From Pecten maximus (lineage: Eukaryota): a stretch of 64,000 nucleotides of DNA. The notes beneath the pieces were generated by a model. That model was not told the origin of the DNA. It was given only the letters and a program-made list of their open reading frames with translations, and searched no databases. A program made the translations under genes and the position numbers. The stretch's first letter is position 1. Every line of letters starts with the position of its first letter. Positions 33,173 to 46,400 of this stretch are shown one piece after another. The stretch is from NCBI RefSeq assembly GCF_902652985.1, contig NC_047016.1:36022001-36086000 (forward strand), read 5' to 3'.

Positions 33173-36100
33173 ATCATTGCGTATAGTAATTTCACTTTTC
33201 TTGTAGTCGGGAAAGGCTTGCCACATCTGAGCGCGCTGACGAATGACTTCGGGTGTGTCTTGAGAATAGTCTAATGCATCAGCGTTCCAGATTCCTACTC
33301 CCCGCAGGCCATACTTGAGCGCCATGTCAAATTTAAACTTCAAGCTGACAGGATCGTCGTACCTGATCTGGTAAGTTGTGCCCTGATAAAACACAGAATT
33401 ATCAGTTAGCAATACACAACAATCGTTAAATATTCAAAATCACAAGTTACATTGTACTTAGTCTGAGTTTCATCTTGTCCTTACACCGAGTTTGGTGTAG
33501 GGGCGTCAGGGCCAAAGAAAACTCCGTCTACATAGGGATCGAAATGGCTTTTGTGGAATATCACGGCTATTGCTAGATCTCACGGCTATTGTTGAATCTC
33601 ACGGATATTGTTGCATCTCACGACTGCAGACTATTAAGACTTTCAGCAAAGTTATAGAAATATCACTGTAATCATGGTTATTTATATACATACGTTTTCC
33701 TTGTAGTTGAAGTACGGTGTAAGAGTAGACGTCTCCCACAGCCGACCGGTTGTCGAATTTTGGATGATCCGCATGAGAAAGCCGTAGTTCATTTCTCTAC
33801 CAGCAGCGTCGCTGCAGTTTACTCCTCTGAACGGTACGTGTTTGATGCTACATGTGTTATCCTGAATTAAGTGCAAAACATCTCACAGCGTCTATACATC
33901 ATGACATGAACATACAGTAAATGTATATTAGTCCAGTACAAAGTATACCACAATTTCAACATAAAAGTATGTAACAAAATGTGTCCTACTATTATTACAA
34001 AATAATGTTTATCTGTCTGAGAACACTTGGCACAGTCATAACCTTTCTGCAAACACGATACTCCCTTTTCACCCTTTGTGGATCTCACGCTAACCAATTG
34101 TGTTCAATACGATACTCCTTGTTCACCCTTTGTGGATCTCAGGCTAACCAATGGTGTTCAATACGATACTCCCTTTTCACCCTTTGTGGATATCACACTA
34201 ACCAATGGTGTTCAATACGATACTCCCTTTTCACCCTTTGTGGATCTTACGCTAACCAATGGTGTTCAATACGATACGCCCTTTTCACTTCACGCTAACC
34301 AATGGTGTTCAATACAATACTCCCCTTTACACTTTGTGGACCTCACAAAGTTCCAACATTATTTAGTATGGCACTATTAGTCTGCATTGACGAACAAAAC
34401 TGATGACTAGAAATTATTGAATATTTATGAAGAGCTTTATAAAAGACGTACATGATATCAGTACTTTTCTAAACAAAACAGTAAAGCCAACTTAGATTAG
34501 ACTGTATCATCCAGCTGTTTTATCCTTTTAGGACTCGACAGTCATACAAAGGGCCTAAAGTGTTGGTGATGGGAGGCAATCAAACACTCGAAATAGACCA
34601 AAAGGACTTTGATATTGATATGCGCAAAGTGTATTATAGACGATGGTATGTTGCAAACCCAAAGGAAAGCCAAGTACACAATTTGAAACCTTTTGTGAGC
34701 ATTCGGCGAGCAGTCGTAGTGCCGTTTGAACACAAGCTCACGGTATATCGGGAGTAAGTTGCAGAGTCAACACCCTTGTCAAGAACCGGAAAGTGGAATC
34801 AAATTTGCGAATAAAGTAACGCTGCTTGCAGAATTCTTGAAAATGAATGAAATCTCCAAGAGGCAAAATCGCTCACAGCTGGTCTTTTGGACGTGTTTTT
34901 GAAAGACAAGTGGCGACCGAATGGATTTAACTCGATCTGGATCCTTGTTTCGACCTGAGGAACCTTTCAAAGATTTCTGAGTCTATAAGTTTTTCTTTGT
35001 CTATTTTTGAGTCCCCAAGATGAGTTTGCATCAAGATTGCAATATCATTGTGCATGATGATGCCATACCTGTGACACAGCCACACAGGGGTAGTAGTATC
35101 CGTACCAGGGAACACCAAGTACCAGCTTCTCGGATGGTATTCCTGTTGCAAAGTACTTCTGTAAGCCTAAATAGAGAAGTTACATGATAGATATAACAAA
35201 CATATATGAACAGAAGATATCGTGCATGTACAGTGAACATACACAAGCAATGTGAACGGGCTTTTACATTGACAGCTCTTACTATACAAGACGTGTAAAC
35301 GGGCATTTACATCGACAGCTTTTGCTATACAGGACGCTATTCTCTAGAATATCAGAATTATAAATAAAATTTAGTTTTATGATTTGGTCTCTGGGATATT
35401 GCTGATTCTAGACTACGTTTCAAACCAAGAGAAGCTCATCTAGTATTAGAATTTAGCTAGGCTATTCTTTCCAGACGATTACCCGATTGTGTTTTGTAGA
35501 ATCCAGAGTTAGCCAACGCCACGCATGGGCCCCGGATCTGACTTTGTTCGTCATAGGACATGACAAACAGGAAGTCGGTCACTGTGGCTAGAGTCTTGTA
35601 GTCATAGCAACGCTGGTCAATACAAGCTGGGGACCATGCCACGTCTACTGTTATCTGTGCCACAAACAAAGAGTTCTGTCAGTCAACACATTCAATACTT
35701 ACGTCAGTAATCAGCCCAATATCTAATATGTTTGCAATACAAATATAACGTCGTATCCACACATATGTTTACTTTCATTTTAGAAAAAAATACATATGCT
35801 AGTCTTTTCGAAATAGTGTTCAATTAGACTGTGGAAGTGACAGAGTTATACCTCTCGTAGATTTGTATGTCATATCTACAAATCACTCACTGCATCAGAA
35901 AAAAAATATTGTCAACCACAGAATCTTCCGATTCTACATTTTAGTTTTATTTTCCAGAGGTTTTAGTTAGGTTAATTTCATGCCATTTACCTTTGCTGAT
36001 GCTATGGGATACCGTTAATGGATTCAGTATTAGTTAAAGGAAATCATTCATATCATTTTTGATTAAATCAGTTTGACACATTTGGTCGGTATGGGCATTT

Positions 36101-38311
36101 GATATAAATCGCTAAACATCTAATGTACTAAGTTGACCCTAAGTTTTCCGTAACACTTGGAAACTTAGAGTAACTGAATTGTTTCAAAATGCTTCATATC
36201 TCAAAGTCTATATATTGACCTGGAATGAGGGGTTGTATTCTTTGAACATTTTGTACGTCAGTCTGACCAGTGCGGTATATCCGTCCCTCATGTCGGTCCT
36301 GTCGGCCGGAATGGGACTCTCGTAATCGAAGTTAATTCCATCCAGGTGTTTCTGTGTGACGACAGCCAGATTCTTGACCACCCACTCCTCCTGAAGGGTA
36401 GCATTAGTGAGGTAGTCAGTGGGCACGCCCGCTTGATTCAAACGTAAGAAAATAATTGCTTTACCGTACTTTACACCTTGTGAAAATTAAAAATAAACTC
36501 TCATCAATATATCATACATTTCCCAGTGCATTGATTTTTTAATTTGACTTAAATGTCACACTTCACTGGGCAGATATGCTCTTGGGTACATAATGAAATG
36601 TTCGATCTAATCCTTAAAATTCTTTAAAATGTCAGTGTCAGCACAAGTTGGTTAATCTTCACAATAATAACTCTTTACATGTAAAATATACTTGAAATGG
36701 TAACACGAAAGGGAAATTGCAAAAGCGAAGTACCTATGGTAACAACTCGAGCCCCGTTACTATGCGCGAGACACATCATGTCATCACTATAGTAACCAAC
36801 CATGACGACTGTGCTGATCTTTGTCCAATTGTACTTCTGCCATGTGTCGATATCTTTACTTAACGAAAACACGAACACCTGTAAATAAAGATTAGTATGC
36901 TTTTTACATTGTTTAACGTCCGTTGTTTATTGTGGTTTAGGAGGCTGTGGTGTGTTCGTGATTGTCTCCTTGTGATAGCGCGGAACTGATTTTAACTTTA
37001 TAGTGTCATCCCACTGAAGCATCCTGTCGAAAACACTCAGCAATTGAACTGACGAACGCTCTATTGAAGACTAAAAGTGAGGCAGTGTCAAGAGAGACAT
37101 AAGGAATAGGAATGTTGTTTAATCAGAAAAGAAATAGATTATCCCAAATGTATTCACCACCTACAGTACAATCCTGCAAAAGAGGACTTTTATTGGTATG
37201 ATATATATGTATATCAAGAGTATTTTTGCAATACACCAATAACAAGGCACAGGTCAAGACAAAACAGAACAAGTAAATAATAGGTCTACAGCATAAAATG
37301 ATGCATTGCAATATGTGAAGTGATACAATTGGAAGCACGTGATTATATTATCTAACATGAAAACATCTAGCGAATGGGGTATATATATAAACTTATTAGT
37401 TGATATTCAATAGGCTGAAGTGAAAAGCTGTCAAGACAAAAGTTTTTGATAATATTTTTTTTATCTCTGTATCTATAGAAATAGATCAACGATTGTAAAA
37501 TTTATCAAACATCAGAGTATTATCACAAACTCCTTAACACATGTACATATATATGCATTTATGTTGTCATTTTGACGTAGTTTACCAACACAGACACGGA
37601 AAAAAGATGCTATGTGTAGTCAAAATGAAAACACCACACTGAACAGACGAGCATGAACCGGGGCTACTCCAATAATATTAGAGGTTTACACGACAGGAAA
37701 CTTATCCACCAATGTAATCAGGTGGAATAAGATCTCATATACGTATAGGAGTAGAACCGGGGCATGATTTTCAACAAAGTATCGATTAATTAAATTTGTT
37801 TTTATTTTATATTCCTACTCTTAACTTTCACATTTTAGCTCTTAATGCTTTGAATTGATTTCATTTAAATATCAAATTATCAATTATCTTTTAGCTTAAA
37901 TATTCACGGACCCAATTATTCAGGTATGTTTACTCTAGTAAATACGGTACCATGTAGTATAGCGGAAGTATACCGATATCTTCAATATTGATAAATGTAT
38001 ACTAATACTATCAATAAACACATTAATACGACCAATTTAATCAACCTTATGAGTTACAAATATACGTATACACACTACACAGCAATTTATACTTTACAGC
38101 GGAGAAATACTGGCCACGCTGTCGACAGTCTCGAGTGTCACTGTAGTTAGCAATATTGAAATGATTTTACCTCTTTTCTTTTTGTATCCTTTATTGGCTT
38201 GCAAAATTCTGGGTTGGAGCAGGGACAGTCTGCCTCTTGAGATGTCTGGGGTGCTCCCCATGTCACAATAAACAGGACAAACAAAACAACAAGTATGAAC
38301 CACCGTCCCAT
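33167..38311 (-). CDS. CTBS: Di-N-acetylchitobiase (GH18, lysosomal), 7 exons
   Basis: Exons ~38311-38171, 36878-36734, 36431-36220, 35655-35483, 35170-35068, 33862-33696, 33383-33167. Signal peptide MGRWFILVVLFVLFIVTWG, DCPCSNPEFCKPI, catalytic LDGINFDYE, FVMSYDEQSQI, LGVPWYGY, VPFRGVNCSDAAG, YDDPVSL...GVGIWNADALDY. Confidence 0.95.
33459..33530. mobile_element. Degenerate copy of the palindromic mini-MITE family
   Basis: TAGTCTGAGTTTCATCTTGTCC...AGGGCCAAAGAAAACTCCGTCTA; no clean TSD. Confidence 0.6.
34050..34345. repeat. 54-bp tandem repeat (~5.5 copies) in a CTBS intron
   Basis: CAATACGATACTCCCTTTTCACCCTTTGTGGATCTCACGCTAACCAATGGTGTT repeated. Confidence 0.9.
34503..34546 (-). ncRNA. Degenerate minimal hammerhead ribozyme motif
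   Basis: Minus strand: CTGTCGA-GTCCT AAA AGGAT-AAAA-CAGCTG; same layout as the copies at 48937-49050. Confidence 0.45.
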
Positions 38312-40671
38312 CGTATGTGTTTATTCGGTGTAACCACAAATTGAACCCCGTCATAATGTAATACCGGCCTGCTTGTAGTGGCAGTGTAAAGCGGTGTCTG
38401 TTTAAACTGTTTAAATTTAGCAGGAAACTCTTCACTCTTCACAACAAGCAATAACATGTTTATAAGTTACATATCACAGTTACAATCGTAATAAAGAAAT
38501 GAAAATTGCGTAAAAAGAGGGGGGGGGGGGGGGGCGTAGTTACTACATCTTGAATGCAGAAATATGAGATAAAAATGTTATTTAAAACCCAAAAACTGAC
38601 ACCCACAGATTTTTAACATCTTTTGGCCTCGTGCGTTGGGCATAGGAAAGTTCTACTAGATCTAGACTATATATAGTTATTAAAGATATGTAGACTTACA
38701 AAGTTCACTTCAAAATGATTTATCGAATTTCAGTGAAGGTTTCATTCAGGATTAATTAACTTGAATATATTTTTTCATGTTATGGAGCTATAACACACAA
38801 AATGGAGTGTACTGTAAATAAAATGCTTATTGCTTATCAGTTTTTTTGTGTAATAACCTCATAACATAAAGAAATATATTCGATTTCATCCTTGTAATCT
38901 AAAAATCACTTTATTGATGAACTCTTTTCTCTTACAAATCATTACGCTGCTCCATCCGCCAATCAAAAGCGACGTTATAAACGTACGTATACGTCATTTT
39001 TTACGTTATGGAATGATAACATAAATTTCTAAGCCAATGATATACTTGTTATAAACTAAATTCAATTATTTTGATATAACCCTCATTAAAGGGGTAATTT
39101 CTTGTATAAAAATGTTACCAATGACCTGAACCGGCTAATGTGGGCATCTAACTACTAGTATTTATTTTCAAAGTACAACATTTTGGTAAAAATGTTCTTA
39201 ATTAGGATTGTCTTTTATGGTATTCATTGGAATGACCTAGAGCTTTGTGGTAATTTACTTAAAACTGTTATACATGTACTTGTAATTACAATTCTTTGTG
39301 ATAGAGTGACGTAGCTCTGGAATTGATATCATTAGTGTAGTTTTAATGATACAGTGCTGGACAGGGGCTTTGACGATGGTGCCACATTTGAGATTTGCCG
39401 TTTTCTAGTTAAGATGAAATCGACCTATAATGTAGCTTACTTCTTCAAAGAGGAGATAGTTATAGTGGGTGCTTTTGTTATAAATCCTTTTGACATGTTC
39501 GGGCTACTTATGAGTGTTCATAATGTTTTAAAATGCTTTTGATATAATAAAATAATAGGCTGCGAATGTTGATATAATATCTTTGACGTTTTCGAAAGCT
39601 CACAGATTAAGCTTTCAATTTCTGTTCGTGTACAAAACAAACTTGTTATATATTAAATATACATGTATATAATTATGTACGTGCTAATATAGCAAAGAGA
39701 AACATTTTAAGAGTATGTGCGAATAAAGTGCGAGTTACATAGAAATAAGAGAGCAATTCAATGAGAAAGTATTAGAATTCAATAATATGCAGAACAAAGA
39801 CAAAAACCTGCATTTTATTATAATTACATAAAACACTTAATCACTCCATGCAATCTGAAAGTCGAACGTTACAGTAGGAACATAATCAGGAAACATTATA
39901 CTAGTTTAACGCACCCTAGATCTGTATCGTATGTAAACAAACTAAAATATCACAAAACGCAATAACTTGGAATACGTAATCAGAGACATCAACCAAGATA
40001 GTGACACTCTTCGTCAAACGGTCATATGTAAACAAAACAGCAAAGCTCCACAAGAACATCAGAGAATACCAACATAATAACCGGGATTATAACTCAAATC
40101 AAAAGGGAGGGCGAGATATGAACAATAATATAGATCTGCATGGTAAACGTTGAAAAAGTACAAGACGAATAAATCCACATGTTCGGGAAGGGTAAGCGTC
40201 TTCTTCTTCATCGATGAGAATTCCAGATGCGAGAAACTTTTTTTTTTAAAGTTTTATCAGTAGTGTGCCTTGACCAGTTGTTTAGTCCTTGTTGATATTC
40301 ATAACATATTTTATTTATATAATATAATAGGTTTTTGCTTTTAGTTATAATGACTTTGTGTTATTACTTCTGGAGATTTCACGCAAAAGTGGTTTAGAGT
40401 ATGAATAGCGTATACTTTATTAGTTGACATATCTTGATATATTAGATATGGTCTCACTAACGATTTGGCAAAAACTTGGTCACGTGGAGGTCAGTATTTT
40501 GAGATATTGACCATATGTTTGTAACTTTTTGGAAACACTAAGTCAATATCGTGTTTATGAGATCATAATCATTGTGACGCCAAAACGTCCCTATATAAAT
40601 TTCTGTGATCAAGACAACAATAATGCAATTTGTACCTTTTCTAACAAGTTCATATCTGAAATAATAATTAA

Positions 40672-41976
40672 GGACCTTTGATTCGGTTAATATGGTGTTA
40701 TACCGACCAGGTAGAATCAAGGGGTCAATATTTGATTTTGTCAGGTTGGTATAACACCATATTGACCTCAAAGGTTAATAATTGATAAATATATACCCAG
40801 CAACAAACACGTTATAAGATTATTCAATTTTATATGCATTTGTCGTTAAGTTATTAAGAACATGACTTTATATAATGTATGGTCGACTGTGAGAGACCTC
40901 ACCTTTAACCACGTCAAATTATGCAGTATGTCCTTGAAATACTAGCTGAAAAAAAACCCAAACATGTAGCCTATATATTGAACTTGTTATGCTCTTCACG
41001 AAGGTCGTCAATACAAGAAATAGAAGTTATATGGCTGATAAGGTTCTATTTTCTAAATATCTATGACAAATTAGCATATTCTTGGTAATTACAATATGAT
41101 ACAACTAGGTCATTTATGTCTAGGTAAAATGTATTAAATTGTGGCAATATGCTATTGTCACCGAGTTTGGCGATCTTTGAATTATCTCGGTTATGTTAAA
41201 TACGTCACTGCTCCTTTAGTCTAACCAGCTGACATTGATAAGAAAGTGTTCCTGTTCATTATGTTTGATACGTACCTGTGTGACAAAACAAAGGCATGTG
41301 CGCGACCCAGAAGGCGGGGAGGCTGGTCACCTGTGGTAGGTACGTCATATCTAATTAATAAGGGGAAAACATCACAGTTCTCTCATTTGCCTCTACTGTC
41401 AGTAGCATTTCAAGGCGTGCGCCAGATCCTGGATATGCCCAACAAATAATTGGGTCAAGACATGACACGATCGGTCAACATCTGATTATACGTCCCTCGA
41501 TTACATTGGATTACAGTGGAATCAGAAACGTGGAAAACAAGGATAATTGTACATCATTATTAGCAAAGATTTAATTTGGCTCTTATGTAAACCATTAACA
41601 GTCTGTTCACTTTATCACGAGAAAAGTTTCTTATATAAAGTGAGAAATGACAGCCAGGATGGTAAACAAGTAGCTGACCTGTTTTGACCTCCTGTCATCG
41701 ATATTAGTTCACGCACACGTAGTTACATTGATGTGACGTCATAAATAAATGATGTCATGCTATTATCTTTCTCATGAAATCCTAGAACGTCCTGATAACG
41801 AGCTGTGAGCTAAATATAATCCTGCATATGTATCAATGTAACGTGGATTTATTAGCATGAATTGATAAAAGTTACAAGCTAAAAGTTTGGTGAGGCCAAT
41901 ATGGTGTTATACCAACCTGACAGAATCAAATATCTAACCGGTCGGTATAACACCATATTAACCGAATCAAAGGTCC
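40672..41976. mobile_element. Non-autonomous TIR element (~1.3 kb) flanked by TTAA (Kolobok-like termini)
   Basis: TIR GGACCTTTGATTCGGTTAATATGGTGTTATACCGACC at 40672 and its reverse complement ending at 41976. ~100-bp inverted arms with internal palindromes. TTAA on both sides. Confidence 0.8.
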
Positions 41977-42589
41977 TTAATTATATTATATATGAAACTT
42001 ACCCTGTTTGATAAATTCCAAACTATACTGTCATTCGTGTCTTTAAATACAAACTACGATGTTTTCCGTTCTATCTTCTAAGTTTTCGGGGATTCATTTG
42101 GTATCAGCAGATATGGAAATTCCAGTTTTGCTTCATCAATATCTTTAACGTTTTGAGCGAATGATGCCTTATCACATGTTTCAGTGCTGGGTCTCCTGTG
42201 CTGGGCTCTACTTCCTGGTGACGTGAGAAGTGATACTGTAACCACGACAACACAAAGTGCCAACAACTCGGGTACGATACCCAATCATGTCGCACTCATA
42301 TGCATGTATTTCTAAATGATAACATGAGAAATACAAGCACATGCCGGAGTTTTCCGCGAACCGTTGATTATATTTGCACTTTTTCGTTTCGAACGAACTA
42401 ACTTCATGCCATGAAGTTTTGATGAATCATTGATGAAATTAATTTAGCATACCCAAGGAAGCAAACCCTGCCCCTCTGATGGCCACCTTTTGTTTTGTTT
42501 TGTTTTTTGAAGCTGATATATTGAAAAGTTTATCAGAACAAGTAACACAGATATGCCAAAGTCCAATTTCGCATGACGTTATCGATCGG

Positions 42590-42780
42590 ATATACCATGT
42601 AGAACTTGTCAAGGACACCATAGACTCATCAACATCAGCCGCTTACCTCGATCTTTACTTATAACGTAACAAAATGAGGCATCTTACAGCTAAGCTGTAT
42701 GATAAGCATAATGATTACAATTTTTCGATTGTTAACTTTCCATTTCTAAATAGTAACATTCCTGCTTTCCCTGGAAATAT
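42590..42780 (+). pseudogene. Penelope-like element RT relic
   Basis: ELVKDTIDSSTSAAYLDLYL*...LTAKLYDKHNDYNFSIVNFPFLNSNIP, typical of the PLE RT C-terminal region; internal stop. Confidence 0.7.
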
Positions 42781-43431
42781 TCTATTTCCTTATGCGATAT
42801 GAAGTCAAACGTGTCCGATGCTTGTTGATATGCCTAGAGTGGATTCGTTGACACCACACTAGTTTTGAGAATGTGACTTAACCCGGATTTGACCTAGATT
42901 TGTACAACACTTACTTTCCCGCTGCACCTGGTCCTTGTACTTTTTCAAGAGTCTCCATACAATTATATAATTTTGCTCATATTGTGCCTTCGTTTTATTG
43001 ATTTTTAGTTAAAACTATGGTCGCGTTATTATGTCGGTATTCTTTGCTGCTTTAGCATGAAATATATGAATGATTTTGCAGATTGTTTACAAAGGATTTT
43101 AAATGATGTTCATGTTGATAAAATAGTTGACTTTATATTTAATGCTTCACAGTACAGTGTGAAGCATCAATAATTTCTCCGGCTTAAATACCCGGTACAT
43201 TAATAGTATATTATATTGTTGTATGTAGCTTTAATCAATAATATCACAAAATGACGCCTTCATCAAACTACGCGATGCCCTTATATTTCAAAATGATAAT
43301 AATAATAATTAAATAATCCAATGCAATGATAACTTAATATTACTTTGGTCCATGTATATCATAAAATCAGTTATAACTAGAATAACATTTTGCATTATAT
43401 TTTCAAATGTGACTAATATGATTTGTTTCAG

Positions 43432-46400
43432 CAATTCACGACCATTACCGATGTATGTACTGTCGTAGTGCTGAACATATAATAGATTGCCTTGAGGTGG
43501 TCACATGCGCGCCACACGAGGTAAGACAGTGGTTCAGCATGGACAGCAACTCCCCAACAAGAAAACGAAGACAATATGTATTTCTCATTAATATTTAGTA
43601 ATCAATTAGGATAATTGCATTATTGATATGAAGATATCAGATGAAATAAAAAAAAAATTAAAATGTCAAAAATCATATACTGTTGTCCACAAGTCATCAT
43701 CTTGTCTATTATATTATGTCTATTACATTGCTGTTGTTTATGTGATAATATGCTATATATATTACAAAATTCATATTTAACGATGCGATTCATCGTGTGC
43801 TTTTGTACAACCCTATAGTGCATACTATATTATAAACGTTGCAATATATTTTAAAGTCTACATTTATTCCAGGTATGCTATATCGAAAAAGAGATGTTGC
43901 GATCTGGTTGGCCAGTCATCAATGCAGGATGTCGATCACGTCATGTAAGCCCGTCATAACTGGATTTTTTTTCAATAATTTATATGAACATTTAGATATT
44001 ATGTGCAATGGAACTGTCTGTCTGATACGCTGTGGGGCACAATGTTGTCTAATGTAGACAGGATCCCATGGTGCAGTGTTTTTATTAGATCTAGAAGTGA
44101 TGATAATCCATGAGTATGCTAGGTTGTATATAATACACAGAATGTGCTGTTGAGTAACGTATAGACACTTGATTGTGTTTAACTTTTCGTGCAGTAGACT
44201 ACCAAGGGGGCGTTATTGTTTTATTGTATATTCCAACCTATTATCTCTAAGTCATGAACTATTCTTTATCTTATACGTGTATGATATTACTACATATTCC
44301 TATATACCGAATCGTACCAATAACATTGATATTCCATCTTAGACGAAAAAAACGTATGCGTTTGTTCATGTACCTAAATCAATGCATAATTTGAAGCAAT
44401 TTGGTAGAACGAATACTCCTAGAAAAAAAGAAGAGAAACATGTTTTTTTAATATGTCCGTAAAATTATTGCGAATCACCATATCACAACGGATGTATAAA
44501 CACTAGCTGACACAGTCGTTTGAATCTCATTCTAGACGTGTAACCAGATGACGTGTTTCGGGGAGTCCATGCACGGATACAATAGTCATGTGAAAAAGCG
44601 TTCCACATTATCCTGTCATCATTGTTGTGAGGGAGAGTTCTGCAATTTGTATGGCTGCCCTGATAGCGGTAAGGCATTTTAGGTTGTAAAATTTGTTTAT
44701 TTTGCAATTATAGAAAACGTTATCAGTTTGTATTGCTTTTATAGAAAAAGTCGGACTTGCTGTTTTAGAGCTATGCTATGTTTATGTATATAGATTCAAA
44801 ACTGTTGTTTGAGAGGATATATGTTTTAGTGTATCAATACTTAAATCTGTTGTTCCTGGGTATATGGAATATTCTTGGATATAAATATGTTGACCTGTTG
44901 TTTCAGTGAACATGTTCTATTATATGAATATAACTGTTGTTTCTGAGAACATGTTCTTGTATATGAATACTAGTAGTTAGACCTGTTGCTTTAGAGAATA
45001 GGACATGATATTGCATAATAATAGTCAGTCCTGTTGCTGTTACTGACGATTTGACTTTTTTATATTGAATACTGTTGTTTCAGTATTCAGACTCGTTGCT
45101 TAAGACGATCTGTCATGCTATTTGAATACAAATCTTGTTGTTACAGAGGACATGATGGTGTTACCTTCTACTCGATGCCTTGCCTGTGATGCCGTAAAGG
45201 ATCCCATCTATTGTGACAAATTGATTAATTGTCCATACTCACAGGTAAGTTAAATACTTGTGAGAACTTTCACATACAGATATAATTGGATTTTAAGAGT
45301 CACATATCCAAATTCGTTGGTGTATGACGTAGTTATTTTCTATTGGTTAGTTTGTTATGTCTTACCTATACAAATCAGTGAAGTTTTTAATCATTTATTC
45401 ATATGATTGCTGATAAATCAAAATTAAATGTCTTGCATCAATTCAATTCCTTTATTGACTGTAGGCCATACGATCCATGAGTACATATTATAAACAACAC
45501 AATCATAATATTGGTATAGAACAACAATACAAATACACGGATTATACAGATATACAGATTGGATCTTATTAGCTTCGAAAATAAATTTGCCAAAACGTTT
45601 TTATTCTTTGATATGTATTACACTTTATAACTGTATTAATTTGAACCTTGAATGTTTTGGGCAGTAGTATTTTTAATGAGGCGCTTTCTTAAATTGCTAT
45701 ACATATTACATATAAATATATATAACATGTTGTTCATCTTCTTTCTCAGTCATTGACTTAGAAATTAAACAATATCTTGTATTTCGATCAGTATTGTTAA
45801 AACGGCCAGGTTGATTGCCAACGCATGCGCAGACATACACAGTTTTGATAGACATATTCAAACTAACCAAATAGAATGGTATCATTAAGACTCTTGTGAG
45901 ACAGTTATTAGGTAATGCTATTGTTTCTTGTCGCAGCAATGCGTAGCGTATGGGGTATTTCATGCTGGAGGCCTCCGATTTGAACTAGGATGCGAGGAGA
46001 CGACGGTAGGAAACACTAAATGTATTAATATATTGTTATGTTGGCGCTAAAACATGTATATCCAGCACAAAATGGGCAGGAATTCTAGCGTGTGATTGTC
46101 TGCTATCTGATGTCATTTTAGTAAGATACCCTGCATTTTTTAACGGTATCAACTTTAGTGTCTATGTCAACATCTACTTGAAATGGATTGTACAAGGTTT
46201 TTCATATTTTAATACATACATTGTATGGGCATACATGTATACGATTCATATTGTAAATAGACGCTTAATTTTGATTTAGTGGTGACGGTGTTACGGATAT
46301 GTCCATGAATATTTTGTAATGTTTTGTAAAGATGGGGTCAACATAAAAAAATCAAAATACAATTGGTCCGGAAGAATTACTTGGGTACATGATTATAATC

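Noticed and set aside
38094-38457. 113-aa and 64-aa ORFs at the CTBS 5' end
   Set aside because: The true exon 1 is in the third frame (ATG 38311).
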